A program made the position numbers and the translations under genes. From NCBI GenBank assembly GCA_963666975.2, contig CAXVYR010000004.1:1600001-1664000 (forward strand): a stretch of 64,000 nt of DNA, given 5' to 3'. This document shows positions 1 through 10,229 of this stretch, piece after piece; position 1 is the first letter of the stretch, and each line of letters starts with the position of its first letter. The stretch is from Terriglobia bacterium (GTDB lineage: Bacteria > Acidobacteriota > Terriglobia > 2-12-FULL-54-10). The notes under the pieces are model-generated. The model saw only the letters and a program-made list of their open reading frames with translations, was not told the origin of the DNA and ran no database searches.

Positions 1-1364
1 CGGAACCTGCCCGGTGGTTCTATGATGGTTTCAACGTGAAGGCCGTGGGCGGTTGTTCCTTGCATTGGGGCTCGTTTGCGTATCTCCCCATTCCAAAGGA
101 TTTCGCGAATTGGCAGAGTGCGACCGGCGTGAACTGGAGTGAGAAAACTTTTCAGGAGGCGATCGACGAAGCTGTCAAGATGTACCATGTCCATCCGCTA
201 GACACCTATTTGTCAGATCCCCCTGAGCCAGGAAAGCTCAACAAAGGTGGCCGGATGTTTGCCCATGCTGCCGAAGCCTTGGGTCTTAAGGTCAACCTGC
301 CGGAGGATCCTCGGGATAAAGGAATCCGAGGCGTAGCGCGAGTGAATTGTATCCTCTGCGGATATTGTGGGAGAGGGCATTACTGCAGGTACGATTCCAA
401 GGTAACGGGGCTCCACTATTTGAAGCTCATTGGCGAGGAAAATGGTCTTGAGGTCATTCCGGATTCCGAGGTAGACCGCATCCTCATTGAAAGGCAAGGT
501 GCTTCGTTTGTCGCAAAAGGAATTGCCTACACGCAGTCCGGAAGCAAGAAGGAGGCGCACGCTCCTCGCGTGATCGTCAGTTGCGGCACCACGGGGACTC
601 CGGTGCTCCTGTATCGTTCCGGCTATGGTCCGAAGGATTTTGTGGGTCAGAAGTTAATCGTAGAGAATAACAATGTGGGACGCAATCTGGATGGCGATCT
701 ATCCGGCGCTTCGCTGGACATCCCGGCGCTTTTTGAAGAGGACATCCATACAGAGGAAGGCGGTGCTTCCACTCTTCTGATCCATGAAGACGGAGACCGC
801 AACAAACTGCTTCTTACCGGTGTCGGCGGTGTAAGATACACGACCCAGTACCCTGACCTGCTCGCCCTTTATCCCGTTGCTCCTGATTTCGGGTGGGAAC
901 ACAAGGCCTATATGAAGACTGCGACGAAAAAGGTCGGCGTGTTGGGATTCGCGCTCAAAGCGCCGGTTTGGAACAAAGGCAGGGTGGGCATGCGCGGGGA
1001 ACACGTATACCGCCGCGATGACCCGGCGATTCTTGGTCAGATCCACAAGGGATGGCCGATCGCTCAGGAAATAATAAGGAAATTGATTCCACGGCCGATC
1101 CAGGTCGATGACGCGCCTCCACGCTCGTTCGCAATCCTCCATGAGGTGGGGACCTGCCGGGCGGGCGTCAGCAAGGAGAATTCTGTCGTAACACCGGATT
1201 TCGACTCTCACGATATCGAAAACTTGTTGATCTGTAGCGCGGCTGTCATTCCTTCCGGGAACCACACCCTGTCTCATATGCCCACTGTCTCGGTCAGCTG
1301 TTATGCATGGCGGCGAATGGTGGCCAATCACTTTACTCGGGGGGCGGCGCCTCTGAAACTCTAA
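1..1364 (+). CDS. GMC-family FAD oxidoreductase (large subunit), 5'-partial
   Basis: Frame is open from position 3. Motifs KAVGGCSLHW, CILCGYCGRG (Cys cluster), VSCGTTGTPVLLYRSG, NVGRNL, HEVGTCRAG and HDIENLLICSAAVIP are typical of GMC_oxred_N/C. Confidence 0.88.
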   Translation, partial: EPARWFYDGFNVKAVGGCSLHWGSFAYLPIPKDFANWQSATGVNWSEKTFQEAIDEAVKMYHVHPLDTYLSDPPEPGKLNKGGRMFAHAAEALGLKVNLPEDPRDKGIRGVARVNCILCGYCGRGHYCRYDSKVTGLHYLKLIGEENGLEVIPDSEVDRILIERQGASFVAKGIAYTQSGSKKEAHAPRVIVSCGTTGTPVLLYRSGYGPKDFVGQKLIVENNNVGRNLDGDLSGASLDIPALFEEDIHTEEGGASTLLIHEDGDRNKLLLTGVGGVRYTTQYPDLLALYPVAPDFGWEHKAYMKTATKKVGVLGFALKAPVWNKGRVGMRGEHVYRRDDPAILGQIHKGWPIAQEIIRKLIPRPIQVDDAPPRSFAILHEVGTCRAGVSKENSVVTPDFDSHDIENLLICSAAVIPSGNHTLSHMPTVSVSCYAWRRMVANHFTRGAAPLKL

Positions 1365-1383
1365 CCGGAAGGGGCAAGAAACA

Positions 1384-1581
1384 ATGAAAAGGGAAGAAAA
1401 GAAAAAGGGCAGACGCGAATTCTTGAAGCGGTCGGCTCAAGCATTCGTTGTGGCGCCTGCTGCCGTCGCGTCTTTGCAACATCCCGGTCCAGAAGAAGAA
1501 GCGACGCAGATGACCGAAGAGCTTGCGCCGGGAGATCCCGGCTACCGGGACCCCGGAGAGTACGGCAGTATCTCTGAATAG
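1384..1581 (+). CDS. Small Tat-signal protein (65 aa)
   Basis: GRREFLK twin-arginine motif followed by a hydrophobic stretch; fills the operon gap; C-terminal GDPGYRD motif resembles the next gene. Confidence 0.6.
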   Translation: MKREEKKKGRREFLKRSAQAFVVAPAAVASLQHPGPEEEATQMTEELAPGDPGYRDPGEYGSISE

Positions 1582-1610
1582 AGGAGCGAGGAATAGAGGA
1601 GCGAGCCACG

Positions 1611-2282
1611 ATGCCCAACAAACGAACCAGCAGACGCAACTTCATTCGGAAGGCCGCCCTCGGAGCCGGCGCTCTGGTGCTCCCCGCTCAATCAACGCCA
1701 GCGGCGGCGGCGGCGGAACGATCAAGGATTCTTTCCGCTCTGGGAGACACGATCATTCCCTCCAAAACGGGCGATCCCGGCTTTAAGGACCTGGAAGCAC
1801 ACGGAATCACAGAGCAAGTGAACAAGACTCTCGCGGCGCTGAAGGATCCGTTGTTTGCCACCTTCAACGAGGCCAGCGCGCCTTTTTTCCAAGGTCGAAC
1901 GTTTGTCGAGTTGAATGAGAACGAACGCGCTGAGTTTTTGAAGAGGGTCATCCGCGGGGAGGGCTTCACGAATCCCTCCATTCGCTCTGTTGTCCAGCGC
2001 GTCTACAAGTTTGTTCGGATCACGGTGCTCCGGATCTACTACTCCAATTTCCCGGAGAACAAGGTTGCGCGGGATGCCGATGGAATTCCGTCCCAGAAGC
2101 CTGGAGATCTTCACCAGATCACGACCCCGAATACCACAAAGCTCGTCACGGGTTGGGATGTGGCCGGATATCGGGGTCCGCTGACGTGGGAACAAGAAGA
2201 ACGAATGAGAGCAGAAGTGCAGAAGGTTCACTGGCATGATGGCCTGGAAGATCTTGTGGTCCGTTACCGGCCGAAACCTTGA
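1611..2282 (+). CDS. Gluconate 2-dehydrogenase subunit 3-like Tat protein
   Basis: SRRNFIRK Tat motif; LGDTIIP and FVELNENERAEFL pattern; located next to the GMC flavoprotein; GAGGAG RBS. Confidence 0.75.
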   Translation: MPNKRTSRRNFIRKAALGAGALVLPAQSTPAAAAAERSRILSALGDTIIPSKTGDPGFKDLEAHGITEQVNKTLAALKDPLFATFNEASAPFFQGRTFVELNENERAEFLKRVIRGEGFTNPSIRSVVQRVYKFVRITVLRIYYSNFPENKVARDADGIPSQKPGDLHQITTPNTTKLVTGWDVAGYRGPLTWEQEERMRAEVQKVHWHDGLEDLVVRYRPKP

Positions 2283-2333
2283 ATGCGAAGACCGGTCATC
2301 GCAAAAGCCGACGCCGGTTGCAGGAGGAACGCC

Positions 2334-2741
2334 ATGAAATCGAAAAGTTTGTGGACGGCAGTTTTGCTGGGCTTGTTGGTGGCGGTCTGGACGGGGGTTC
2401 CTGCGGCGTCACTCCATGCTCAGAAGATTCAAAACGATTCGGATGAGAAGCTGAATGCCTTTTTGCCGGACGACGAAGAAAAGGTGTTGGTTCTGGTGTA
2501 TTGTACCGTCTGTCACAGCGCGGCCGCCACCCAGGAAAGAATCGCCAGCCGGGCGGGAGGCGATCAGGAGTTTTGGACTAATTTAGTGAGGCGGATGATC
2601 ACTGTCTGGAATGCCCAGATTCCCGAAGAAGACGTAGATCCCATCGCTGCCTACTTGACAAAACATTTTGGACCCGCCGCCGCTCGCCAGGGGCAACAGG
2701 CGGAAACGAAAGAAAAAGAAGAGGCTGAAAAGAAACCATGA
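2334..2741 (+). CDS. Mono-heme cytochrome c
   Basis: AGGAGG RBS before ATG 2334; signal peptide; CTVCH heme motif; W..LVRRM..W.A.I...D...IAAYL tail. Confidence 0.8.
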   Translation: MKSKSLWTAVLLGLLVAVWTGVPAASLHAQKIQNDSDEKLNAFLPDDEEKVLVLVYCTVCHSAAATQERIASRAGGDQEFWTNLVRRMITVWNAQIPEEDVDPIAAYLTKHFGPAAARQGQQAETKEKEEAEKKP

Positions 2742-2764
2742 GATTCAGCAGCCTCCCCGGATTC

Positions 2765-4498
2765 TTATCCAGTGGCTGCAGCAGCGTGACGTGCCGCTAA
2801 GAATCCAAATGTCGCTCCGGACATGAGCGAATATCCCGCCTGATAGCCCACGCCCCAAATACGGCCGCCTGCGATCATCGAGCCGCAAGCGTACAAACCG
2901 GGAATCGGCTGATTTGTCGTGTAATGCACCACTTGCCCTTGGGGGTTGACCACCAACCTCATTGCCGCTCGAAAGGGATCGGGTGTCGCTAACTGAACCC
3001 CATAAAACGGTGGTTTCTCCACTGGGCCCAAACTCACTGGGTTGCGGTTGAAGTCCAAGTCCTTGCCCCGCCGATCATGCTGATTGAAGCGGCCCACGGT
3101 GGCTTCCAGCTTGCCTGCCGGCAACTCCAACTTCTGACCCAGCTCCGCAAGCGTTGTTCCCCGTGTCACCCAACCCAAGCCCTCCGTGTTCCCTGGCGGC
3201 AGGCCGGCAAAAGAGTATTTCTCCAGAAGGTTCTGGTCGAAGATGAGATAGCACGGGATATTATTAAAGCGATGCTCGCCCCGAGCGTCGAATTGGCAGA
3301 TTTTGGACCCGAGCTCCGGAAAGAAATACTCGTTGCCAAATCGTTCTCCGAACCGATTTACGACCAGGCTATGGCGCATCCGGAGTTCGTAATTTCCCCT
3401 GGTCACTTGAGACCCATCTGGACCCTTTTCACCTGGAACAGCAAGATTCGGCATCCCCACGATCACCACTTCAGTGGAAATCGTTCCTCCCGACGGGACG
3501 GCCAGTCGCCATCCGGGCTCGCCGGTCCTTGTTAACACGGTGCCTCCCGTTGCCAGCGCGACTCCTTTGTCAGCCCGGACGTTTTCCTGGTTTCCATTGC
3601 GGCTGACAGTTATTCCGGTCACACGCCCGCTCTCCACCAGTAATTCTCCGGCGCTGGCTTCGGTCCACACTTCAATTCCTCGCTCCAGCACTGCGCGGAA
3701 TAAATAGGCAGCCAGCGCAGCGCCAGCCACCCGCCGCTCTTCATCTTTTTTCAGCAGCCCGTCCAACCGAGACCCCAACCGTTCCCCCCAAAGCGCCAGG
3801 CCGCTCTCTGAATCGCGAATGGGACCCGAATGCCCCACCTGGGGTCCGTCGCTCCCTCCCAGAGCTGGATTGTGCTCCTGGTTCTCAAGGGCTTCCGATA
3901 GACCATGATGAAAGGCGGAGAGTCGGACCTTGTTGCGCCAGGCTCCCAGAGTCTCAGCGGGAAAGGGTTCGCAAATGACCAGACGCCCGTGGGGCTTGGA
4001 ACCCGGGGCGACCGGATGATAGAACTCCGGCAGGTCGAGCAGGCGAAATTGGATGTTTCCCTTTTGGTGGAGATATTCCAGAACCTCAGGGGCATGGTCC
4101 ACAAAAGTCTCGCTGTATGACGGGAGGCTGTAGCCGGCGCTGGTGTAGCGGAGGTAATTCAGGGCTTGTTCCTGCGAGTCTTCGATCCCAGCCTGTTTCA
4201 TCAGGTAGTTGTTGGGCGCCCAAATGATTCCGCCTGATTGAGAGGTCGTGCCCCCGATGGCCGCTTTCTTTTCCAGAAGCAGCACTCGGAAACCCCGGTC
4301 ATGGCCGGCAATTGCGGCGGTGCAACCTGCAACGCCTGAGCCTACACAGATCCAATCGAACGAAGAGGACCATTCTCTCCTCACGGGAGTCGAACAACCG
4401 ACTGCCGAGACGGTGGTAGCCGCTGCTGCGGCGAGGGCTCCTCCTCCCAATCCCTGAATGAATTTTCTTCTGGATTTCGGTGCCGGAGATTTCTTCAT
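2765..4498 (-). CDS. Tat-exported FAD-dependent oxidoreductase (3-ketosteroid delta1-dehydrogenase/FAD_binding_2-like)
   Basis: SRRKFIQ Tat motif; VGSGVAG dinucleotide motif; GGTTSQSGGIIW; VNRFGERFGNE; PIPGLYACG. Start at 4498 after a GGAG RBS (the track extension runs through a repeat hairpin). Confidence 0.82.
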   Translation of the reverse strand: MKKSPAPKSRRKFIQGLGGGALAAAAATTVSAVGCSTPVRREWSSSFDWICVGSGVAGCTAAIAGHDRGFRVLLLEKKAAIGGTTSQSGGIIWAPNNYLMKQAGIEDSQEQALNYLRYTSAGYSLPSYSETFVDHAPEVLEYLHQKGNIQFRLLDLPEFYHPVAPGSKPHGRLVICEPFPAETLGAWRNKVRLSAFHHGLSEALENQEHNPALGGSDGPQVGHSGPIRDSESGLALWGERLGSRLDGLLKKDEERRVAGAALAAYLFRAVLERGIEVWTEASAGELLVESGRVTGITVSRNGNQENVRADKGVALATGGTVLTRTGEPGWRLAVPSGGTISTEVVIVGMPNLAVPGEKGPDGSQVTRGNYELRMRHSLVVNRFGERFGNEYFFPELGSKICQFDARGEHRFNNIPCYLIFDQNLLEKYSFAGLPPGNTEGLGWVTRGTTLAELGQKLELPAGKLEATVGRFNQHDRRGKDLDFNRNPVSLGPVEKPPFYGVQLATPDPFRAAMRLVVNPQGQVVHYTTNQPIPGLYACGSMIAGGRIWGVGYQAGYSLMSGATFGFLAARHAAAATG

Positions 4499-4557
4499 TG
4501 TTTTCTCCTCCGTGGCTACTCGCAGCGGAGCGAAGAGCAACGATCCACGACGAGGCT

Positions 4558-4620
4558 TGTCCCGAGCGAAGTCGAGGGAAAAGCGCTCCCTTCGGCAATC
4601 CCTCGGCTTCGCTCGGGACA
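4558..4620. repeat. REP-like inverted repeat
   Basis: TGTCCCGAGCGAAGTCGAGGGA (4558-4579) pairs with TCCCTCGGCTTCGCTCGGGACA (4599-4620) with one mismatch. Confidence 0.75.
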
Positions 4621-4683
4621 TGGCTCAGGGCAGGCTGTCGTGGCTACCACTGCCCAATATACACCAACGAGGGAAATGCTCTA

Positions 4684-4730
4684 GCCCATTCACGGCAGCA
4701 ACGGGGGTTCAAATCCCCCTGGGGACGCCA
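4684..4730 (+). pseudogene. 3' half of tRNA-Glu(TTC), att-site-like remnant
   Basis: GCC-CATTCAC-GGC anticodon arm, GGGGGTTCAAATCCCCC T-arm and TGGGGACGCCA acceptor end; no matching 5' half upstream. Confidence 0.8.
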
Positions 4731-4761
4731 TTTTTCTGCAAGACGTTGGAAGAGGTCAATC

Positions 4762-5583
4762 TCAGAGAGGTTGCTTGGCCCGGATCTTCTTTGCGCGGGC
4801 CTCCAGATTTTCTGCCTCTTCGTCACGGCCCATTTCCCGCAGCAGGGCAGCGTAGTTCTCCAGGATGGGAGCCACGTTGAGATGTTCCGGCCCGAGTTCT
4901 TTTTCCCAGATCGCCAGGGCACGCCTGAAATTCGGTTCTGCTTCCTCGAACTTCCGCTGGGTAACAAGTAGCATCGCCAGCTTGTTCAAGCCAATGGCCA
5001 CGTTCGGATGCTCCGGGCCGAGAACTTTCTGCAGGATGGCCACCGAACGGGCGGCCAGCGGCTCGGCTGCCGCGTAGTTCCCTTGAGCCTGGTACACGGA
5101 CGCCAGATTGCCGAGGCTTAAGGCGACGTCGGGATGTTCCGGCCCGAGGGCTTTTTCCCAGATCGCCAGCGAGCGCTGGAACAGCGGCTCGGCCTTCGCA
5201 TACTTGCCCTGGGCGAGATACAGCGCCCCCAGGTTGTTGACGCCGGGAGCCACGTTGGGATGGTCCGGACCGAGTACCGCCTCGGCGATGGCCAGCGCCC
5301 TTTCATACAGCGGTTCGGCCTCTGCGTACTTGCCCTGGGAATTGTACAGCCCTGCCAGGTTGTTGAGGCTCTGGGCCATGCGGGGGTCCTCCGGCCCGAA
5401 CTTTTCCGCTTCCCCGACGGCGGCGAAAAACTGCTTTTCGGCTTCCGTGTTGTTGCCTAGTTGATAGGCTTCCATGCCGGCGTTGATGTGCTGTTCCCAG
5501 AGATCGGCTGGGGCGAATGCTTGTGCAGATAACAGCACCCCGAAAAAAACTCCCGGCAGAGACAACCGTGCAACCATGCGCAT
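4762..5583 (-). CDS. Exported tetratricopeptide repeat protein (kinesin light chain-like TPR)
   Basis: Signal peptide; repeated 42-aa units LNNLA.LY..QGKYAEAEPL..RAL.I.EK.LGP.HP.VA. Confidence 0.92.
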   Translation of the reverse strand: MRMVARLSLPGVFFGVLLSAQAFAPADLWEQHINAGMEAYQLGNNTEAEKQFFAAVGEAEKFGPEDPRMAQSLNNLAGLYNSQGKYAEAEPLYERALAIAEAVLGPDHPNVAPGVNNLGALYLAQGKYAKAEPLFQRSLAIWEKALGPEHPDVALSLGNLASVYQAQGNYAAAEPLAARSVAILQKVLGPEHPNVAIGLNKLAMLLVTQRKFEEAEPNFRRALAIWEKELGPEHLNVAPILENYAALLREMGRDEEAENLEARAKKIRAKQPL

Positions 5584-5693
5584 GCAGCCCCTTTACTTCA
5601 GCAACTATTTTCCCCCGACTTCTGGAGAAAGCGGATAGCAAACCTCCCTTTGTTTATAAACGTCTTTGCAATTGAACTCAAGAGCGTTCGTGA

Positions 5694-5737
5694 CGCAGCA
5701 ACGGGGAAGTAAATCTCCCTGGGAACGCCATTCTTCT
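5694..5737 (+). repeat. Degenerate second copy of the tRNA-Glu 3' remnant
   Basis: GCAGCAACGGGGAAGTAAATCTCCCTGGGAACGCCATTCTTCT aligns with GCAGCAACGGGGGTTCAAATCCCCCTGGGGACGCCATTTTTCT at 4695-4737. Confidence 0.7.
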
Positions 5738-5782
5738 ATTGCCCTTTTTGCAGATCAAGCCGAATGGGTCTGTGTGAAAACC

Positions 5783-5873
5783 ATCAGAGCCGCGACCGTG
5801 AGGGAGCGGTCAACCCAGCTGTAGATGCCCACTGATCGTTCGGGGTCCGCTTGCTAACGCGCGCGGCTCGGAT
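5783..5873. repeat. REP-like inverted pair
   Basis: ATCAGAGCCGCGACCGTGAGGGAGCGG and CCGCTTGCTAACGCGCGCGGCTCGGAT form an imperfect inverted repeat in an intergenic region. Confidence 0.65.
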
Positions 5874-6071
5874 TGCTTTGTCTGCGCCGTAGCTTTCACA
5901 CAAGCTCGAATGGCTTTCTATAGGCGGGGAAAAGGGTGGAGTCATCCACTGCACAGTGCAAAAGGTGCGACCCGGAGGAATACGTGGTGCTCGACGGAGT
6001 TTTACCTGAAACATCCGCTCAATTTGCGGGTGCAAAAAACCTAGCTGTCGTGAGGTGACCGGTCCACTTAT

Positions 6072-7595
6072 TTAGATGGCCCTGGAAGCTCGTTCTTCCT
6101 GCGGAGTAATACCGGCGAGTTGTTCACGGGGCATGGTGAAAGAAAAGCGGCTGCCTTTTCCGATTGCGCTCTCCACCGAGATCTTCCCGCCGTGCAGTTC
6201 CACCAACTGCTTCACGATGCTCAGTCCCAGACCGGTGCCCTCCTTGATGCCGCCCGTAGTCTCACCCACTTGCTGGAAAGCTTGAAAAATAGCTCTTTGG
6301 TCTTCGGCGCGGATTCCTATCCCTGTGTCGCCCACCGTCAGCCGCACCGCCGCTTCTTCCGGCTTCGCCGCGACCCATACCCGGCCTCCTTCCGGAGTGA
6401 ACTTCTGCGCATTGCTCAATAGGTTGAAAACGATCTGCTTGAGCCGCACCCGGTCTGCCCACACCGTCAGTCCAGCTTCTACTTCGCTTTGGATCACGAG
6501 TTTCTTCATCTCCATCAGCGGGCGGACCGCCGTGAGCACCTCCTCTATCGCCGGCTTCAGATCGATATAGCGCCCGTTGAGGCTGATATTCCCGCCCTCA
6601 ATTTTTGTCAAATCCAGAATGTCGTTGATCAGCGCCAGCAGGTGCTCGGAGGACATTTGAACGTTTTGGAGGAAACGCTCCTGCTTGGGGGTCAACGGAC
6701 CGCCCGCTTGCCTGGCCATGAGTTCCGTAAACCCGGCTATCGAGTTCAGCGGAGTCCGCAACTCGTGGCTCATGCTCGCCAGGAAGGCGCTCTTGCTGCG
6801 GCTGGCGGCCTCCGCAGCATCTTTCGCGGTCTCCAACTCGCGCGTGCGCTCTTTGATTCGCTCTTCCAGCACGTTCTGGGATTTCCTGAGCTGTTGATCT
6901 TGATCGTAAATTTGGTCCATCATCTCGTTGAAGCGGTCCACCAGCATTCCCAGCTCGTCTCCCGTCTGTTTGACGGCTCGGATGGCGTAGTTTTTTTCCT
7001 CCGAAACCCGGCTGGCAACTTCTGCCAGACCTATCACCGGCGCAGAGATGAAGCGTTGCAGGAACGAGGACACCAGCAGTACAACCAGCGAGGAAAGCAG
7101 CAGGACAACGGCGAAAATTTCCCCGTAGGTCTTCATTCGGGAGGATAGCTCTTCCATCGCGCTCTTTAGATACAATGTGCCGACCTGCTCTCCATTCAGC
7201 AACACGGCGGAAGTAAGGGTCACCGAATTGCGTGCCACTTCGGTTCCCTGGGACGGTGGTCTGGAAGGAATCGCATCGCCCGAGCCTTGGCGCAGGTAGG
7301 AGGAGAACACCCTGCCTTCGCGGTCGTAGATGACGCCCGCAATCACTCTGGGGTCTCCTCGCAGAGCCGCCAGCACCTCGCTCCCCGTCCTCTCATCGTC
7401 AAAGGCGAGCGCCGGACCCGAGTTTTCCGCGATCAGTTGGGCGACGGTGGACAGTTCCTGTTCGGCGTTCCGGCGATAGGCGTTCAGTTCGTAGAGGAGA
7501 AAGCCCGTGCAGGCGATCAGCAGCGCGATGCCGGTTGTGATCATGATGATGACAACCATCTTTCTGCGAATCGGAAGATTTTGCAGCAGGCCCAC
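6072..7595 (-). CDS. Membrane sensor histidine kinase (periplasmic sensor-HAMP-HisKA-HATPase)
   Basis: Two TM helices; [18 protein letters not shown]; H-box SHELRTPL; [16 protein letters not shown] and GTGLGL. GTG start at 7595 after GGAGG. Confidence 0.92.
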   Translation of the reverse strand: MGLLQNLPIRRKMVVIIMITTGIALLIACTGFLLYELNAYRRNAEQELSTVAQLIAENSGPALAFDDERTGSEVLAALRGDPRVIAGVIYDREGRVFSSYLRQGSGDAIPSRPPSQGTEVARNSVTLTSAVLLNGEQVGTLYLKSAMEELSSRMKTYGEIFAVVLLLSSLVVLLVSSFLQRFISAPVIGLAEVASRVSEEKNYAIRAVKQTGDELGMLVDRFNEMMDQIYDQDQQLRKSQNVLEERIKERTRELETAKDAAEAASRSKSAFLASMSHELRTPLNSIAGFTELMARQAGGPLTPKQERFLQNVQMSSEHLLALINDILDLTKIEGGNISLNGRYIDLKPAIEEVLTAVRPLMEMKKLVIQSEVEAGLTVWADRVRLKQIVFNLLSNAQKFTPEGGRVWVAAKPEEAAVRLTVGDTGIGIRAEDQRAIFQAFQQVGETTGGIKEGTGLGLSIVKQLVELHGGKISVESAIGKGSRFSFTMPREQLAGITPQEERASRAI

Positions 7596-7596
7596 C

Positions 7597-8214
7597 TCAG
7601 TTCCTCCCACTCGCGGCGCTCTGGCCGCGCACTGTGGCCAGCCGGAGCAGTCTCGAGCTGATTTCCAACCCTGCCTGTTTGGCGGCGTCCAGGTTGATTT
7701 CAAAGCGAACTTTGCCGCTCTCGATCTTGAATCCAATCATCCCGCCGGTTTCAGCGAACCGTTCCATGTCGCCCACCGTAAGAATGCCCATATCGCGGGC
7801 CGCCTCGGCGATGTCGCTCATGCGAGGCCTTTCCGACCGCGACACCAAAAGAATATGGGAGGGCTCGAGTTCCGATAGCTCGGTGAACCGTCTGATTTCT
7901 ATTTCACGACCCTGCACGCTCTTGCCGTCGAAGGTTCTTTCCAGAATCGGCCCGAACGGGTCTCTCCCCAGCACTGCCACCACGAACGGCGCGTTGTCTC
8001 GGTCCTCCGGCCATTGGACGAACGAAAGGAAATGAAACAGCATCGAGGCTTTGACTTCATAGGCGAGCGCCTCATCGGCATCCTGGGCGGAAAGCTGAGC
8101 GGCCGTTGCCGCTGGAACGGGATTCGAGAGCAGAAAGACCAGTGCCAGCCATGCAGGCACGTGGCGCAAGCATCGTCGTCTGCTGACCGTTCGTATTGAT
8201 ATCAATTTATCCAC
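7597..8214 (-). CDS. YfiR family (DUF4154) periplasmic protein
   Basis: [30 protein letters not shown]...[20 protein letters not shown]...[12 protein letters not shown]. Confidence 0.9.
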   Translation of the reverse strand: MDKLISIRTVSRRRCLRHVPAWLALVFLLSNPVPAATAAQLSAQDADEALAYEVKASMLFHFLSFVQWPEDRDNAPFVVAVLGRDPFGPILERTFDGKSVQGREIEIRRFTELSELEPSHILLVSRSERPRMSDIAEAARDMGILTVGDMERFAETGGMIGFKIESGKVRFEINLDAAKQAGLEISSRLLRLATVRGQSAASGRN

Positions 8215-8217
8215 GCT

Positions 8218-10229
8218 TCAAAACGTCCACGAAAATTTTGCATACAGGCCCCGTTTCACCTGGGTTGGCTCAGGGCCGGTAATATCTCTAAATTCCTGGT
8301 GCCGCGGCTTGAGCAGATTCTGGAACACCAAGCTCAGGAAAAGGCGTTCCGTGGGCCGCCATCCCAGCAGGCTGTCCAGCCGCGTGTAGCCGGGAATATC
8401 CAAGCTGGGTAGGCGGCTGACAAAGTACAGGTGCGTGTCCCACTCCAGGTTGGAGGGCAGGTCCAGGGAAGACCAAAGCTGCGCCTGGTGTTCCGGGCTG
8501 TCTCCCTCTCTATCTACCTCGCGCGCTGCATCCACGCTGGTGGGTTGGCGGTGCAATTGGATGTCCAGCCAGGAATAATTCGCCCTCCATTTCCAACGGC
8601 TGGCTGCCTGCCAGACGGCGGTGGCTTCCAGGCCATAGGTTTCTCCCTCCAACTGGCCATCGATACGCAACGGAACTACCAAGTGGGGTGGCGGTGGAGT
8701 GCTTTCGAAAAAAGGGCGCTCTGGCTCGCTGGAGCGGAGATCGCTGTAGAGGTTGTAAAAGGCGCCACATCCAGCGAGACGTCCGGCGTCGGTTGATAGC
8801 GGTATCCAAGCTCGTAGGCCAGGATGTTTTCCGATTCCACGTCCCGGTTTCCTAACAGGGAGAGAATTGTTAACGGTCCTTGAGGATTGGGGATCACCGC
8901 GAGCCGGACTCGAGCGTCTTCAATGAAGCGGTTTGGGGTCCGGACTGCCCGCGTGACCGCAGCCCAGCCCGTCTGGCGGAGGTTCGGCGTCCACGCCAGC
9001 CGCACGCTCGGCTGAATTTCAAATCCCGTGGAATCATTCTCTTCAAATTTGGAGCCAATGCTCAAGCTGAGACGGTTGGGGAGAAGCTCGATCTGGTCTT
9101 CCACGAATCCGCTGAAGAGATGGTCAACTCGTTCGTTCGGACTAAAGGTGAGCACAAAACTATTTTGGATGTCATCTTTGATGCGTCGGTATCTGGTTCC
9201 CCAGACGAAGTTGTGCCGTTCTCCCCACGAAAACTGGTGCTGGAAGTCCAGGTCGAAATTATTCCGGACTTCTCCGAGCAAGAGTTGTTTTCGCTCGGCG
9301 CGGTCGTAGTAGAGCTGAAGTTGCGTTGTGGAAGTGGCGGAATAGTTGCGCTGCCAGCGGCCCAGCAGGTACCCGCCGTTGAGTTCCCGGCGCTCATCTG
9401 CGGTGGAGAGAAAAGGAGGGGAGATGGTGGCAAAGTCCTGGGTTGCGCCGGCGTCGGTGTCATAAATATCTCCTTGCAGGGTCAGCGAATCGCCGCCTGC
9501 CGGGGCCCAATCCATGCGGAACCCCCCGCGCAAAGAGTCCCAATCGTCGGCTCCTTCCCTGCCATCCAGGCGGGTCAAGCCGTCCCGGTTGAAATACTTG
9601 CCATAAACGCGATAAAAAGCCTGCTGGCCGATTTGTCCGCCATACCGCACGCCTCCAAAGCCTTTTTCCACGGACCCTGAACCGCCGGTGAGGAGCCCTC
9701 CTTGGGTATCCTCTGCGCGTTTGGTGATGATGTTGATCACGCCGTTGGTCGCGTTCGCGCCCCACAACGTCGCCCCGGGCCCGCGAATCACCTCGATCCG
9801 CTCCACGTCTTCCAGCAGCATGTCCTGCACATCCCAGTTCACTCCCGCAAACAAGGGGGAGTACACATTCCTGCCATCGATCAAAACCAAAACCTTGTTC
9901 GCAAACAAACCGTTGAAGCCGCGGGAACTGATCGCCCATTGACTGGAGTTCAACTGCGCCACATTGAGGCCCGGAACGCGACGCAACGCTTCCGGAATGC
10001 TGGTGGCCCCAGAGCGGCGAATCTCCTCCTGGGTAAGCACGTAAATTGCCGCCGGGGTCTCCGACAAGGTTTGCCTTCTTTTCCCCACGGTGCTGACCTC
10101 GACCATCATCAATTCTTCCAGGCTCAATTGGGTGAAGTCCTGAGCAGCCCAAGCCTCCACTTGGAATTCGTTCCATACCAGTCCCGGAAGCCCTGGAAGT
10201 ACCAGCCACAGGCAAATTGCCAGCCTCAT
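8218..10229 (-). pseudogene. TonB-dependent receptor 1, single frameshift near 8763
   Basis: Plug motifs (SLEELM, ERIEVIRGPGATLWG) and C-terminal WTF. Adding one base at about 8763 gives DVAAFYNLYSDL, which joins ORF 8218-8682. Could be a sequencing error. Confidence 0.85.

Noticed and set aside
4655-4730. Complete tRNA-Glu gene
   Set aside because: No 5' acceptor strand or D-arm is present, and the anticodon loop has A where U33 is expected.
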